Origin: Lama glama | Lineage: Eukaryota | DNA: 63,773 nucleotides | Direction of reading: 5' to 3' | NCBI GenBank assembly: GCA_028534125.1 | Contig: CM052828.1 | Location: 53,196,228 to 53,260,000 of the forward strand | In this document: positions 1 through 13,100 of the stretch, piece by piece | Layout of the letters: each line of letters starts with the position of its first letter | Position numbering within the stretch: the first letter of the stretch is position 1 | Position numbers and translations under genes: made by a program | The notes under the pieces: model-generated | What the model was told of the DNA's origin: nothing | What the model saw: the letters and a program-made list of their open reading frames with translations, nothing else | Databases searched by the model: none

Positions 1-1431
1 CCTGATGTTCTATGAAGGAGTCGTTTTAAGGAGTAAGATGTTTTTTCTTCATCGTTGACACAGAAGAGATTTTAAACACTGCCATTAAAAAAAGAACTAA
101 CGTGATTACATTTTCCTATTTTAAATTTTGGCAAAGAAGAGAAAATGTTTTCAGTATTCTCCTTGCTTCTCTTCTCCACAGGAAAGGCAAGAACACAGTG
201 TAAAAATACTGCGAAGAAGGTGCTAAATGGCTACTTGTAAACACCCCTTGTTGGGCAGGGGACCCACAGTGTAGGAGAGTGAGGCCAGTCCTGCGGTCGT
301 ACTGGTGTTGTAAAGCCTGGGATTGTGACTCCTTCGTAGTTCAGTGCTGTGACAGCCCTTGTGCTGCGAAGTATCACAACAGACAACTTTTACACAGCAG
401 CTGAGGGTACAGGAAACTGCATTTCTTTTCACACTGTGATGCTTGAAGACATGGCTGGTCATGGCTCTTTGCATTTTATGGATGGCCTTTAGACCAAGGC
501 TTCAGTCAATCTAAATGTATGTTTGCCACAGTGAAGAACGGAATGCCTCAAGAATCAATATTTTAATCCTTTTCCTTTCAGTGTTAAAGTAGTTATGGGA
601 CCTTGTCAGTCTGTTTTCTTGTCTCTGAGCACAGCACGACAGAACTTTAAAACAAGTGATTTACTGTTCATTAAGGGGAAGTTGGATTTTTTCCCTCCCT
701 GATTGTCAAAGAGTTCTTTGTCGATGTCAGTTTCAGGGTGTGAATTTTCCCGTCTACGTACAGAGGAAGTTGACATTACTTCAGTGATGCTGCAGAGGAT
801 GATGCAGGACAGCCACAAGCCCCCGTTGATTGTCACTTCACTCCAGCATGGTGCAAGATTAGAGGTGTTTCAGTGACAACCTTGAGTGCCCTTGGGGGGG
901 ACCAAATCTCCAGATGATCTCTGTGACCAAAAGTAGATAGGAGGTCATAGATAGCTTGTGGCAGCAACAGTGATGGCAGCCTTTTAATGGAACACTTAAT
1001 GCATATCAGGAACTCTAACCACTTCACATATATTGTCTCATTTAATTCCAAAAACAGAACAGCAGCTCTGTGTGTTTCTCCTCCATTTTATCAGTGAACA
1101 GTCACTCCCCTGGTAAGTGGCAGCCAACATTTGAAACCAAGTATGTTAGATGTTAGAGCCACCTTCACATTCATTCAGCAGCTACTTATTATCTACTATG
1201 TGTTAGGCACTGTTTTCATCATATGTGTCTTTTCAGTTTGCTTTTTAGCTTAATTTACTTATTTGGGGCTTTTAAAAAATTGGCTCACCATTGAAAAACA
1301 AAGCCTCATGCAGAGTTCCCTGTGAGTTCAGAATAAAACAGTATTCTGAGAGCCTTGAGGTTTCCTACCTTAAAGAAGAGGTGAGAGGGAAAAGATTAAG
1401 ATGCTCCCTAGAAGATGCCCACTGGCTCCAT

Positions 1432-2005
1432 CTCAATTCCTTTTCTGGGCATATACCCAAAAGAATTGGAAGCAGGGACTCGAACAGATATTTGCACACC
1501 CAGGTTCAGAGCAGCATTTTTCACAGTAGTNNNNNNNNNNNNNNNNNNNNNNNNNNNNNNNNNNNNNNNNNNNNNNNNNNNNNNNNNNNNNNNNNNNNNN
1601 NNNNNNNNNNNNNNNNNNNNNNNNNNNNNNNNNNNNNNNNNNNNNNNNNNNNNNNNNNNNNNNNNNNNNNNNNNNNNNNNNNNNNNNNNNNNNNNNNNNN
1701 NNNNNNNNNNNNNNNNNNNNNNNNNNNNNNNNNNNNNNNNNNNNNNNNNNNNNNNNNTCAGAGACAGAACAGAGAATAATGGTTACCAGGAGCTGGAGGA
1801 AATACAGAATGAGGAGCTGGTGTTTAACAGGTACAGAGTTTCAGTTTGGGATGATGATAACAATTATGAAGATGAATGCCGGTGATGGCTGCACGACAAT
1901 GAGAATGTGCTTGATGTCACACCTAACCCTAACTGTGCAATTAGAAATGGTTAAATGGTAAATCGTATATTATGTATATTTTACCACAGTTAAAAGAACA
2001 AAAAC
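1432..2005 (+). mobile_element. LINE-1 3' end, L1MB-like (partly masked 1531-1757)
   Basis: ctgggcatatacccaaaagaattggaagcagggactcgaacagatatttgcacaccc ... gtttcagtttgggatgatg ... gtatattttaccacagttaaaa. Confidence 0.88.
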
Positions 2006-3389
2006 ACAATGAAGGCAAAGCTACTGGAAAAGAAACAGTGTGTCCCTGAGCCAAATAAACCCAGAAGAGAAAAATATAAAAACCATTTCAAAACTGTGTA
2101 AACTCAGTCTACCACCCTCCAGGTCCGCACCCTGAGAAATCCCTTGTTGAATGGCTCCATATATTATGAGGCTGTTGTGGGTGAGGCGTGGGGGCTGCAC
2201 TACGGCAGAGATGGCTTTTGGGTTTTTAGTAATTTGGGATTATCTGTGCCCTGTATTTCTGAGACAAAAATTTATCAATAGAGTATCATAGTATGGAAGG
2301 TGATATGGAGTAATTGCACCTTTCTGGGGGCATTCGACATAAAGACAGTTGGTAAAGGGATAGTCACATACAGCCAAGTTCAAATCTCTTGTGATGTTAC
2401 ATTAGACTAACGTGTCATTAAATTGATCACAGATTTACTTTCCCTCCAGCACCGGAGCAGATCTCCACTCCTTCAGCTATGTGCCAGAAGGGGAAAGTGG
2501 CTACATTTAGAAGCAGGTTCTTGGAAAAATGCATATTTTGAAATTTGATTTTAAACACAGGCATCATGCTTAGCCCCCAAGACAGGACAGGAGGCTCAGG
2601 ATATGGGAGACTTTCATAGGCTGATTTACATCTTTGTTTTTACTGAGTTAAGTGGCTGGCGGAGCCAGGCATATACTATTTAAAGTATTTGTCTTTCAAC
2701 TTTTTTTTCTTCCAAGCACATATAGTTGAACTTGAGTACTTGAATGCAAGAATGAGGTGATTTTTCTGGAGAGAGGTTTGGCCTTGATTTTTGGATTAAT
2801 GATTTTGAGTGATAATTTATAGTGATATGATCTATAATAAGACACACTTAAAAGTTTGAGACACTAATTACTAAAAGTTCTCTCTGTAATGGCAGTTAAT
2901 CGTGTTGCTGCTAAGATGACAGTTGACTTTGTATTAGGCAATTGATAAAGCCTGGTTATTTGTGTCCTTGCCCACATTGTGTTTTTCCCAGACTAGCTCC
3001 TCAAATCTCACCATTTCCCTTACGTTCAAAAATCATTTCAGAATTGTTTCACTAGAGCTGGGTACACACAAATCATTAACACATGTGTCTCCCACCACCA
3101 AGCACATTCTGTGGGACTCCACAGCCTCTATGCTCTTGGCGGGGTGCCTTAGCATCCACCCTGGACTAAGGCTACTATTGGAAGCCTGCTGGGCGCTTTG
3201 GGCAACAGCCCTACTTTACTGTGTCAGAGTTCTCAGCCACCCACCCATTTGTTCATTCCCCATTCATGTACTTTATTCATTCATTCACTTGGGCATTTAT
3301 TGACCCTATCACAAACCTTTCTGAGGTGGGGAGCACTGTCTTGTTAAACACAGAGTAAAGGATAGTGCCTAGCATGTTGGACCCACTTG

Positions 3390-3570
3390 GATCATGGTCT
3401 GAAATCTTAACTTTGTTAATTACCAGCTGTTTGATCTTGGGCAAATTACTTAATTTCTCTGTGCTTGATCTTTCTTATTTATAAAATGGGAATAATAATT
3501 TCAGAGAATTACATGAAACATGCATCGCGCAGTGCCTGGCACCCAGTGAAAACCCACTGAATACTAGCTT
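3390..3570 (+). mobile_element. MIR SINE
   Basis: MIR core gatcttgggcaaattacttaatttctctgtgc...tataaaatgggaataata...cagtgcctggcac. Confidence 0.8.
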
Positions 3571-3571
3571 T

Positions 3572-3800
3572 TGTTATGAGTTGAATTATACACCTTCCCA
3601 AAATGTGTGTGTTGAGGTCCTAACCCCCCATACTCAGAATGTGACCTTATTTCGAAGTATGGTTGTTGCAGATGTAATTAATTAAGATGATGTCATCCTC
3701 AGAAGGAAACAACCCTGCCTTGATGTGAGACTTCTAGCCTCCAGATAATAATTTCCGTTGTTCAAGGCACTTGGTTTGTATACTTTGTTTTGGCAGCCCC
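3572..3800 (+). mobile_element. MLT1B/C-type MaLR LTR, internally deleted
   Basis: tgttatgagttgaatt...gtcctaacccc...cagaatgtgaccttattt...gacttctagcctccaga...tactttgttttggcagccc. Confidence 0.8.
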
Positions 3801-5214
3801 CATCCTCAGCCCACCCTGTTTCTCATTGATCTGAGAACCAGCCTCTGTCTATTTCCTGGCCAATGGGAAATACATTTGCTCCTTTTCAGCTGGCATTTTT
3901 TCCTTTTCTTTCTTTCTCATGTAATAGCATGCAGAAAAATTCCTAGCAAGAGTAGGTGTTCAAGAAAACTTCCATGCCCTTCATTCCTGTCTCTTCCTTA
4001 AAAGCTATAGTTGAAAAGATTCTTTTCTCTCCTACTACATTTCTTCTCACCTTCTCAGCTTGATGTTTCTTTCCTTGAAAGATTGCAACCCTTTATAAAT
4101 TAACTCCTAGAGATTGCCCCAATCCCAGACTCTTGACGACAGGTGGGAGTTTATTTGTAGGCTTTTACGTGTGTATTCTTTCAATAAAAAGGAAATGCAG
4201 TTGAGCAGCTGTATGAAACGAAGCAAGATGAAAGGTCTAGTCGAGGAGAGAGCCCTCTTACTGCATTTCAGTAGCTGACTTCACTCTTACCTATCTTTAA
4301 GTTGGTGGCTTGGGTTTTTCTTTGTTTGTTTTTAAAGCAACTTGAGATTGGACAGTGTTTCTCCTTCCCCTCCCGAGGCCCAGAGCGATGTGGCAGGGTT
4401 GCATTCTGGACTGGGCAGCACTAACATTTGTTCTTCCCCGGGACCGTCTGCTACTTTTCTCTGCCCCAGTGGAGCTAGGGGAGTAATAAAGCTGTTATTA
4501 TTTACACTGCACAGCATTTTTGTCAGTGGTCTTTGTCATTGAGACTTATGAAGTCAACACAGGACATGAGCGAATTTATGAATTTTTATCCAGGCAGGGG
4601 AGAAGGTAAAGGAGGGGGTATTTTTCCTGGGATGTTGCCTTTCTAAGCTCCTCCAGTTTTCCTAGTCCCTTCCTTTGCCCTTTTCCTACGCTGTCCTTTC
4701 CCGTGCTTTACAGTGACCTCTGAACTCGGCACCTCCGGCCCTTGTCTCCCTGCTGCCACCATCACCCTTTGATCTGCCTCTTCTCATCTGTACTGTCACC
4801 ATAGCTCCCAACCAGTTTTCTTGCTACCATGGAATATATAAAATCCAACTCTTTGATCGTCAGATTTCTCCATGGTTTGTCTCTTAATTTCCCTGTCATT
4901 CAAGTATCCTTTTTTAAAAGAAGAGTAATCATTGGTCTCCAAAAGTGCAGGCTTCGACACAGGATCACACCCTTCTCAGCCTCATACCCCTCCACTTGGA
5001 AAGGAACCTTCTTCCTGCCTCTCTTACTTTCTCAAATGAAAAGGAGTCATTCTTCCTCTCCAGTGTTGACCCCTCCTCTTCTCCTTGGAGACTCTTGTGG
5101 GCAAATTCAGCCCTCTCTCTCCTGGGCTTTTCCTCCTTGCCCCTTTGCACAGTTCTTCCCCACAGCCTGCAAAGATATTTTACACACATCTATCCAAAAG
5201 GAAGTACACTCATT

Positions 5215-5554
5215 TTTGATTCCAGAACCCCCAAGGATACAAAAATCCAAGGACGCCCAAGTCCCTTATATAAAATGGCATATGTATATATATGTAAATA
5301 TATAAATAAAACCTAGGCACATCCTCCCTCCCTTATATTTTAGATCATCTCTAGCTTACTTATAATACCTACTACAATCCAAATGCTATGTAAATAGCTG
5401 TAAATACAATGTAAATTCTATTTAAATACTCGCTGGCTCGTTACAAATTCAGGTTTTGATTTTGGAACTTTCTGGAATTTTTTTTCCAAATATTTCTTAG
5501 CTGAAGTTGGTTAATCCTTGGATGTGGAACCCACGGATGGGAGAGCCAACTGTA
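5215..5554. mobile_element. MER2B-like Tigger-derived MITE
   Basis: ggatacaaaaatccaaggacgcccaagtcccttatataaaatggc ... ggatgtggaacccacggatgggagagccaactgTA terminal end. Confidence 0.8.
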
Positions 5555-5559
5555 AAACA

Positions 5560-6380
5560 TAAACTTTCCTTCGTGTCCACATCTTCAAGCCACTGATGTG
5601 TCTTCCGACTTCTCTTGATGCTACCTTCTTGGAGTGGTCTACATCCACCCTCCTTACTTCCCACTAAGTTACATTGAATTCTCAGCTTGTTAGGAACATA
5701 TTCATCCCTCTAGCTCTGAAACGGTCCCCTAAAGTCTCAGATGCCTTCATAATTGCCAATTCCAAGGCCCCATTTTTTTTTTTTTGAGGGGGGTAGGTTG
5801 GTTGGTTGGTTTGTTTGTTTATTTTAATGGATGTACTGGGGACTGAACTCGGGACCTCATGCATGCTAAGCACATGCTCCACCACTGAGCTGTATGCTCC
5901 CTCCAAAGGCCTCATTTTTAATCCTCACACTAGCTGACTCTCTTCAGCTCTCAGTGCTGTAGGTCATGCTTTACTTCTCAGAGCTCTCTCCCCTGCATCA
6001 TGTCTCTTCGTCTCCCTGGATTTTCATCTGCCTCCACAGTCTGTCTTAGTTTCCCAAAAGATTTTTTCATCCTTCTTTGAACCCTAAAGTCACGATCCTG
6101 TCCAGGGTGTCTTTTCGTCTCTAAGTCATTCCCCTCAATGATGACATCCTTTCCATTTATGATGGTCTCAGAATCTTCTTTCAACCTGGATGTTTGCATG
6201 GCTGCTCAAATTTTGTATATACAGAACTGACTTCATTAGGTTTCTTGAAAACATTTTCCTGATTTTGGGTCTAAATAATGGCTCATTTTTAGCACTTACC
6301 ATGTTGTGTTGTGATTTATCTCTTTGCATGTCTGTCAATCCATCTAAAATTTGGAAGGCAGGGCTTGTGTCTTTCTTTTT
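5560..6380 (+). mobile_element. Degraded LINE-2 fragments (interrupted by a SINE)
   Basis: Pyrimidine-rich L2 ORF2-like text and an L2 3'-like end (gcacttaccatgttgtgttg...ggaaggcagggcttgtgtct). Confidence 0.55.
5773..5904 (-). mobile_element. Camelid tRNA-Ala-derived SINE (vic-1 type) with TSD
   Basis: Reverse strand ggagggagcatacagctcagtggtggagcatgtgcttagcatgcatgaggtcccgagttcagtccccagtac plus A-rich tail; TSD aaggcc(c/t)cattttt at 5764-5777 and 5906-5919. Confidence 0.88.
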
Positions 6381-6484
6381 TTTAAAAGACATATCTTTTT
6401 AAACAAAATCTATACTCGATTGTTGCTGGTGTATAGGAATGCTTCTTGATATTTCTTAATGTGAATTTGAATTTTTATGAAATA

Positions 6485-6645
6485 GGGAGGAGGATATAGC
6501 TCAAGTAGTAGAGTACATGCTTAGCCTACACAAGGTCCTGGGTTCAATCCCTAGTACCTCCTCTAAAAATAAATAAATAAGTAACCCTAACTACCTCTCC
6601 TTAAAAATAAATAAATAAAATAAAATTTAAAAAGAATTTTAAAAA
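6485..6645 (+). mobile_element. Camelid tRNA-Ala-derived SINE (vic-1 type) with TSD
   Basis: gggaggaggatatagctcaagtagtagagtacatgcttagc...gtcctgggttcaatccctagtacctcc plus (aaat)n tail; TSD ttttatgaaata at 6473-6484 and 6646-6657. Confidence 0.9.
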
Positions 6646-6679
6646 TTTTATGAAATAATACAAGATTCAGAATTTCCGT

Positions 6680-7560
6680 TTCCCTTGAGTGGTCTGCCTG
6701 GTTGTTTGTCTTTATCTTTCATGTTAGTGGCTTTTATCAAATGTTTGGTGACCTGTGGTTATCAGACCATATTTAAGAATGAAGAACTTAAAAATTGCTG
6801 GAGAGTTCTTTGTGTGTGCTAACTGATAGACCTCACTACAGGGTTATCAGATAGGGGCCTGACACCTTCACCAGGGGATTGCCAAATGTCAGTGTCTGTA
6901 GGCTCTCTGTTTCTCACAGAGGAATCCTCAAACCTCTGGCTTCCAGGGGTAAAACCTGGCTGACAGGATTCTGGAAGCCAAGGGGACAAGGCCTGGGGGA
7001 TCCTCACCAGTACGTGTGCTGATTTTCACTTTCAGTTTTCAACTCCTTGATTAAGTCCTCCCCGTTGCTGTTTTGCGTCCACAAGCAGGAGACTGTTCTG
7101 GTTCATTTTCTCCAGAGAGTTACTTCCTTTGGCTGTTGGAATGAGCAGGTTAGTTAGGGTGAAGGTCATATTGCTCTTCATACAGATTTTTCAAAGATTT
7201 CTTTTGTTCAGACCCACAACCCTGCCTTCAGAAGTACCAGGAACCTTAGTTCCTAAGCTCTTGCAGAGTTCTGTTGTGGAAAGAAGCTTGATTCTTTCTG
7301 GCCTGCCACACTCCTTTGGCCTCAGTGCTGCAGGCAGTTAGTTAGCAGTTAGCTTTTCCACCTGTTGATTGAATTTCCATTTTCCAAATTTGTTGACATC
7401 TCTTAAAAGGGGTTTCTTCTTCCATTACATCTGTTTCTGTGGATTCATACTCCTCCCCGTTTTAATGTGGGTTTTTGAAAGGAAGTGGAGATAAACACAT
7501 TCATCTGTCGTGTTTCTGCTTTTGATTTGAGTATTTTGATCTAATTTCCAGCCAACTTTA
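6680..7560 (-). mobile_element. Ancient HAL1/L1ME-class LINE fragment
   Basis: catatttaagaatgaag...ccaaatgtcagtgtctgtagg...ctctccagaga-like segments resemble the recalled antisense HAL1 consensus. Confidence 0.6.
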
Positions 7561-7611
7561 TGAACTTTAGTTTTTTAAAAAATTATAATGATTATTGACC
7601 CTTTTCCCCCA

Positions 7612-8402
7612 ATTTTGTTTTATTATGGTAGAGTATCCATAACGTAAAATTTACCATTTTAACCATCTTTAAGTGTGCAATTTAGTGGTATTAAATACAC
7701 TCATAATTTTGTGCATTATAACCATCACCACTATCCATCTCCATAGCTCTTTTCATCTTGTAAAACTGAAACTCTGTACTCATTAAACAATAACTCCACA
7801 TTCCCCCTTTCCCAGCCCCTGGCCACCACTATTACACTTTTTGTCTCTCTTATTTTGACTACTCTAGCTGAGTATGCTAAATAAGTGGAATCATCGAGTT
7901 TTTGTCTTTTTGTGACTGAGTTATTTCCCTTAGCATAATGTCCTCAAGTTTCATCCATGTTGCAGCATAGGTAAGAATTTCCATCCTTTTAAAATCTGAA
8001 TAGCATTCCACTGTATGAATAACCACATTTTGCGTATCCATTCATCTATGAGGTACACATGGGTTGCTTCCACATTTTAGCTATTGTGAGTAATGCTGCT
8101 ATAAGTATGGGTGTATAAATACCTCTTCAATACCCTGCATTGAGGACCTAACGGTATATACCCAGAGGTGGAATTTCTGCATCATATGGTATTTCTATTT
8201 TTAATTTCTTGAGGAACCACCATACTTTTTTCTGTAGTGCTTATCCCAGTTTACATTTTTACCAGCAGAGCACCAGAGTTCCAATTTCTCCACATCCTCA
8301 CCAACATTTGTTATTTTCTGTTTTTCTGCTAGGAGCCACCCTAAAGGGTGTGAGGTCTTATCCCATTGTGGTTTTGATTTGCATTTCCTTAATAATCAGT
8401 GA
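7612..8402 (-). mobile_element. LINE-1 3' end, L1MB-like
   Basis: aaaatttaccattttaaccatc...aactgaaactctgtactcattaaacaataactcc...tagcataatgtcctcaag...gttttgatttgcatttcc. Confidence 0.9.
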
Positions 8403-9039
8403 AGTTGTACCCTTATATTTTAGGGGTATCTCTTATAAACAGGACTTAATAGAATCATTTTTGTTTTTGTTTTTGTTCTCTGTCTTCTAACAGAGATATT
8501 TAATCTGTTTACATTTGTTGGGATTACTAAAGTAATTAAATTTATTTTTACCACCTTATTTTACTGTTTTTATGTACCATGCATGCTGTTTATTTCCTCT
8601 TTTTCCGCTTTTTATTGGATTTACTTAGCTTTATTTATTTCTTCTGCTTTATTTCCTTACATTGATTTGGAAGTTATACATTTTTTTCTTTTGGTGATTA
8701 CTTTTATAATTTTAATATGCATATTTGATTTAACAAATTCTAAAGTTAACTGATAATAGAATAGCTCTATTCTCCTTCTGAACAAAATGTTCTGGAATAC
8801 TTTAACCCTGATATCCACTCCCAGTCTTTCATATTCTTTGTCTGGTATGTTATCAGAGTGTCGTACTTTTTTTTTTTGTTGCTGACTTTTTTAGTACTTT
8901 GTTTTAAATGAAACATTATTATTGCTGTTGCTATTCATTTTATGATAAAATGATCCTTTAGATTTCCTTACCTGTTAAAACCCCTTTGTTCATCATTGTT
9001 TCTTGGATCCTACTCCTTCTTTTGGATTGAGTTTCTTCC

Positions 9040-9161
9040 TTTTTGTGGGGGGAGGCGGTAGTTAGGTTTACTTATTTATTTTTAGAGGAGGTACAGAGGA
9101 TTGAACCCAGGACCTTGTAAATGCTAAGCGTGTGCTCCACCACTTAAACTATACCCTCCCC
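9040..9161 (-). mobile_element. Camelid tRNA-Ala-derived SINE (vic-1 type)
   Basis: ggaggtacagaggattgaacccaggaccttgtaaatgctaagcgtgtgctccaccacttaaactataccctcccc. Confidence 0.88.
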
Positions 9162-9477
9162 GACCATGGATTTCGTTTCTTTTATTATGAAGTATACCTT
9201 TGATCATGAGAGTAGTAACTTCCTTTAGCTTTTGTTTGGAAAACATATTTATTTTGCCCCATCTTGAATGATAACTTAGTTGAATTCGAGACTAAAAGTT
9301 ATTTTCTTCCAATACTTGGAAAATATTGCTCCATTCTTTTTGGGTTTATTTTGCTGCCTAGGAACATTATAGTGTGCAGCAGAATTGTTCTTTCTTTACG
9401 AGTAATCAGTCTTTTCTATTTATTTACCTAGCTCATGACTATGCTTCCATCTGAGAACTTAAGTTGTTTTTAATATT

Positions 9478-10118
9478 CATTTTGTTTTATTTTTATTGCC
9501 ATGTAGTTGATTTATAATGTGTTAGTTTCTGGTGTATAGCATAGTGATTTGGTTATACTTATATATTTATATTCATTCATGTAATATAAATATATTAAAA
9601 TTTTTTCATTGTCGGTTACTATAAGCTATTGAATATAGTTCCCTGTGCTATACAGTAGGACCTTGTTGTTTGTCTGTTTTGTATATTAGTTTGTATCTGC
9701 TAATCCCAAACTCCTAGTTTATCCCTCCCTGGCACTTCCCCCTTTGATAACCGTAAGTTTGTTTTTTACATCTGTGAGTCTCCGTTTTGTAAGTTCATTT
9801 GTGTCATTTTTTTAAGATTCCACATAAGAGTGATATCATATGATATTTGTCTTTGTCTGACTTACTTCACTTAGTATGATAATCTNNNNNNNNNNNNNNN
9901 NNNNNNNNNNNNNNNNNNNNNNNNNNNNNNNNNNNNNNNNNNNNNNNNNNNNNNNNNNNNNNNNNNNNNNNNNNNNNNNNNNNNNNNNNNNNNNNNNNNN
10001 NNNNNNNNNNNNNNNNNNNNNNNNNNNNNNNNNNNNNNNNNNNNNNNNNNNNNNNNNNNNNCTTTTCAAATTAGAGTTTTCTTCAGATGTATGCCCAAGA
10101 GTGGGATTGCTGGATTAT
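9478..10118 (-). mobile_element. Cetartiodactyl-type LINE-1 3' end (partly masked 9886-10061)
   Basis: tagttgatttataatgtgttagtttctggtgtatagcatagtgatt...gaatatagttccctgtgctatacagtaggacc...tatgcccaagagtgggattgctggat. Confidence 0.88.
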
Positions 10119-13100
10119 TAAATATTTCTTTCAGTTCTGAAAACTACTCAGTTGTGAATCCTCATTCTTTCCATTCTCTCTTAAGACCCATTTATTGTAT
10201 TGTCTCCTCCTGCTCATCTTGTTTCCTGTCTTCGTGATTTCCATCACTTACCTCTCTGTGCCATGTTCTGTGTGGTTTCCTTTTATCCATCTTATAGTTC
10301 CCTGATTCTTTTATCAGAAATGTCTAATCTACTGTTTTACTTATTAATTTCATGACTATTTTTTTTCTTTTAAAAATGCTATTGATTCTTTCAAATTAAT
10401 TTTTATTTTTAATACTATTCTGTTCTTTCAATAGTTACTATTTCTTACTATATCACTTTAATAACTTCAAACTTATGTATTTCATATTCCTTCTAAGATT
10501 TTCACTTATTTTTAGTTCCCAGGTACCCACTCACCCCTATGTTGTGCTTGGTGACCCTCTTGCCTGGTGGTTTATTTCCTCACATGGTTGGAGTTCTTTA
10601 TTGTGAGCTGATCTTCAGCAGATATTGTTTTTGCCCTGGGAATCTGTGTGCCCTAGATTGTGGATGTATTTTTGCAACACAACTTTGCATTTTTTTTTTC
10701 TGAAAACCAGAACTCCATTGTTTTAGGGTCTTAAACTTAAGGTTTTAATTTTAATTTTTCTATCTATGACTTCCAGCCTATCCAGGTGGTATAAACTTAA
10801 TGCCTACACTTGCCCTGAGCACAGGCTCATGGTTTTGATGACTCACACAAAAGGCTTTATTTTCACAGAGCCCACACCAGACCTCAGGCTGTCTTGCTGT
10901 TTCTTTGTGGGCATAGTTCTTCTAGGTCCCTAGTCATGTGTCAGATAGCTTTTTAAGGGGTCCAGTTTTGTCCAGTTCCCTCACCTTGCATAAACCCAAG
11001 TTGGTGTCTTCTGTCCTAAATGAGTGTTGACATTCCAGCCCCTGGTCCTTGTTCCAGGACTGATACCCCTCTGCGGACACAGCACCAGCTCGAGGAGCCC
11101 CAGCCCTCGAGTGCCTGCTTTGTTTCAGCACTTGAAGATTTCCTTTTTCATTTTTCCCCTAAGCTCAGCTATATGTTAAACCTTTAGTTTTTTTTTAAAT
11201 TTTTTTAACTTTTGCTTTGTATTATCCAGTATTTCTGTGTGTTAAGGAGTTGGCTCTGCATCCATTCAGCTTGCCATAAACCTTATTCATCTTTGTACTC
11301 CCCAGCTCAGAAGAGTAACTGGTCTGTCAGGTGCTGGTTGACTGACTGAATGACTGAATGAATGAATTTTTCATCTCCAGAATCAAATGGAAGCAATATT
11401 CTAATGAGTAATGCTGCCTATCTCTCCAGGGGCACTGGAGCAAGCAGAATTTATTTTTCTATGAGGACATTAGTGAGTTCCCAGTGAACAAAATGAATGG
11501 AGAATAAGACTTATTACATGCTTTTTCTTTAAGTCTTAGAACAGTGGGAACACTTTAGCTGCCTCATACTGCTTGCTCTCGGAAGGTGGACCGAACGTGG
11601 ACTGACAGTGAGTTTCCCATATCATTTGCTGGTGGCTCCACACAGCATCCTTACCAAGAGGAAAGATTAAAGAATAGCAGGGAGCAGGACACTAGGCCTG
11701 TTTATTTCCCCTGCTCTCCCCTGTTTTAAGAAAAGCACGCCTTTGATGGGATACAGCCGTGGGCTCTTGTTTTACATTTTACGTCAACCACCTTTGTTAG
11801 AAACTGGTTATTGATGCCATGCCCTGTTTTAATTCACACTTCTCTGCTAATCAATTACAGCGTTTATCCATTAATCAGGCATTCTGACAGGGTCAATAAC
11901 TGCTTTTTGGGTTTTGTGAGGGGCTGCACGTTATCAAGCAAGGAATGACACTCAGGAGCTCACTTTAAAACAGTGTGACTTTCCCAGGCTGGTGGACTTC
12001 CGGAGCAATAAACATCTCGTGGGGATTTCATATGGTGGTTTTTTAATATATTTGGTCGATGGGATTTTCTGACTGAACACTTCATTAGCAGGGCTCAACG
12101 TTAGTGAAGTGTGGACAGGTGTGCCTCTGTTTAAGAAAAACAGAAACATCAAAAGGTAATTATTCCCTTCACATACAAATGACTGCATTTACCTAAAAGT
12201 AGCATTAAATCATGAGCTTCCTTCCTTCATATTAAGTGTTTACAAACAATATCTTCTTGGCAGTGGGGTTTGAGAGCAAAGAAACTTAAAGGCAAAATAT
12301 TTGAAGCTACAATCGCTTCTTGGCCTTTTGGCTGAGATCAAGTGCAAAACGTTTGAAGCTGCTATCAGAGGAAAACCAATCCAAAATCTAGAGCAAATAT
12401 CTCTATAATTGTAATGTGAGTCAAGAGGAAAATATTTTATAAACAAAAGCTGAGTTTATGTACAAATTTCTTGAAGCCCATCTTTTACAGAGAGTGTTTT
12501 AAACCTTTGTGTCTATGTCCCCATGCATGTGTGCACACACATTTTCAGTACTTCTCAGCCTTTATAATTTGTTACGACATGTTCAGATGTTGTAAAGTAT
12601 CATAGATAATTAAAACTTTTTACTTAGCAAGACCGAGAAACTCAGCTGGTGACGTTTCACTGGAGAGTTACAGTTTGGGCAGTTGAGTTTACCATACATA
12701 ACGATGGTAACAGGTTTCAATAATCTTTTTTATGACAGATGTACCAGCATTTAATTGTTTTTCATCAAGGGTGGAGAGAAAAGACACTTCTGTAGATTTT
12801 TCAATTCTCCTACGTGTCACTTAGCTGTCCTCACCATTGTCTGCGTTCCTTTCTCTCCTCCTTCTTGCTGCAGTGAGTTGTGTCATTCCCTCATGATCAG
12901 CACTTTTGTTGTCTTTGTTTTTTGCTGTACCTCAGAAGTCCATCTTTTCTTTCATCTCCTTCCCATTCACGCNNNNNNNNNNNNNNNNNNNNNNNNNNNN
13001 NNNNNNNNNNNNNNNNNNNNNNNNNNNNNNNNNNNNNNNNNNNNNNNNNNNNNNNNNNNNNNNNNNNNNNNNNNNNNNNNNNNNNNNNNNNNNNNNNNNN

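Larger units (their letters stand above)
8403..11280 (-). mobile_element. Old L1ME-class LINE body (host of nested younger insertions)
   Basis: T-rich antisense L1 text (gtatctcttataaacag, tttaatctgtttacattt, tgtctaatctactgttt, ttattgtgagctgatcttc). Confidence 0.6.

Noticed and set aside
1291-1885. Long ORFs spanning N-runs (also near 12755, 27981, 33928, 53254, 59584, 62854)
   Set aside because: Open only because N codons contain no stops; several lie in L1 3' UTR sequence.
6485-6560. tRNA-Ala(AGC)-like sequence as a functional tRNA gene (also 5830-5904, 9085-9161, 63230-63304)
   Set aside because: Stems are mutated and the copies have A-rich tails, mostly with TSDs; they are SINEs.
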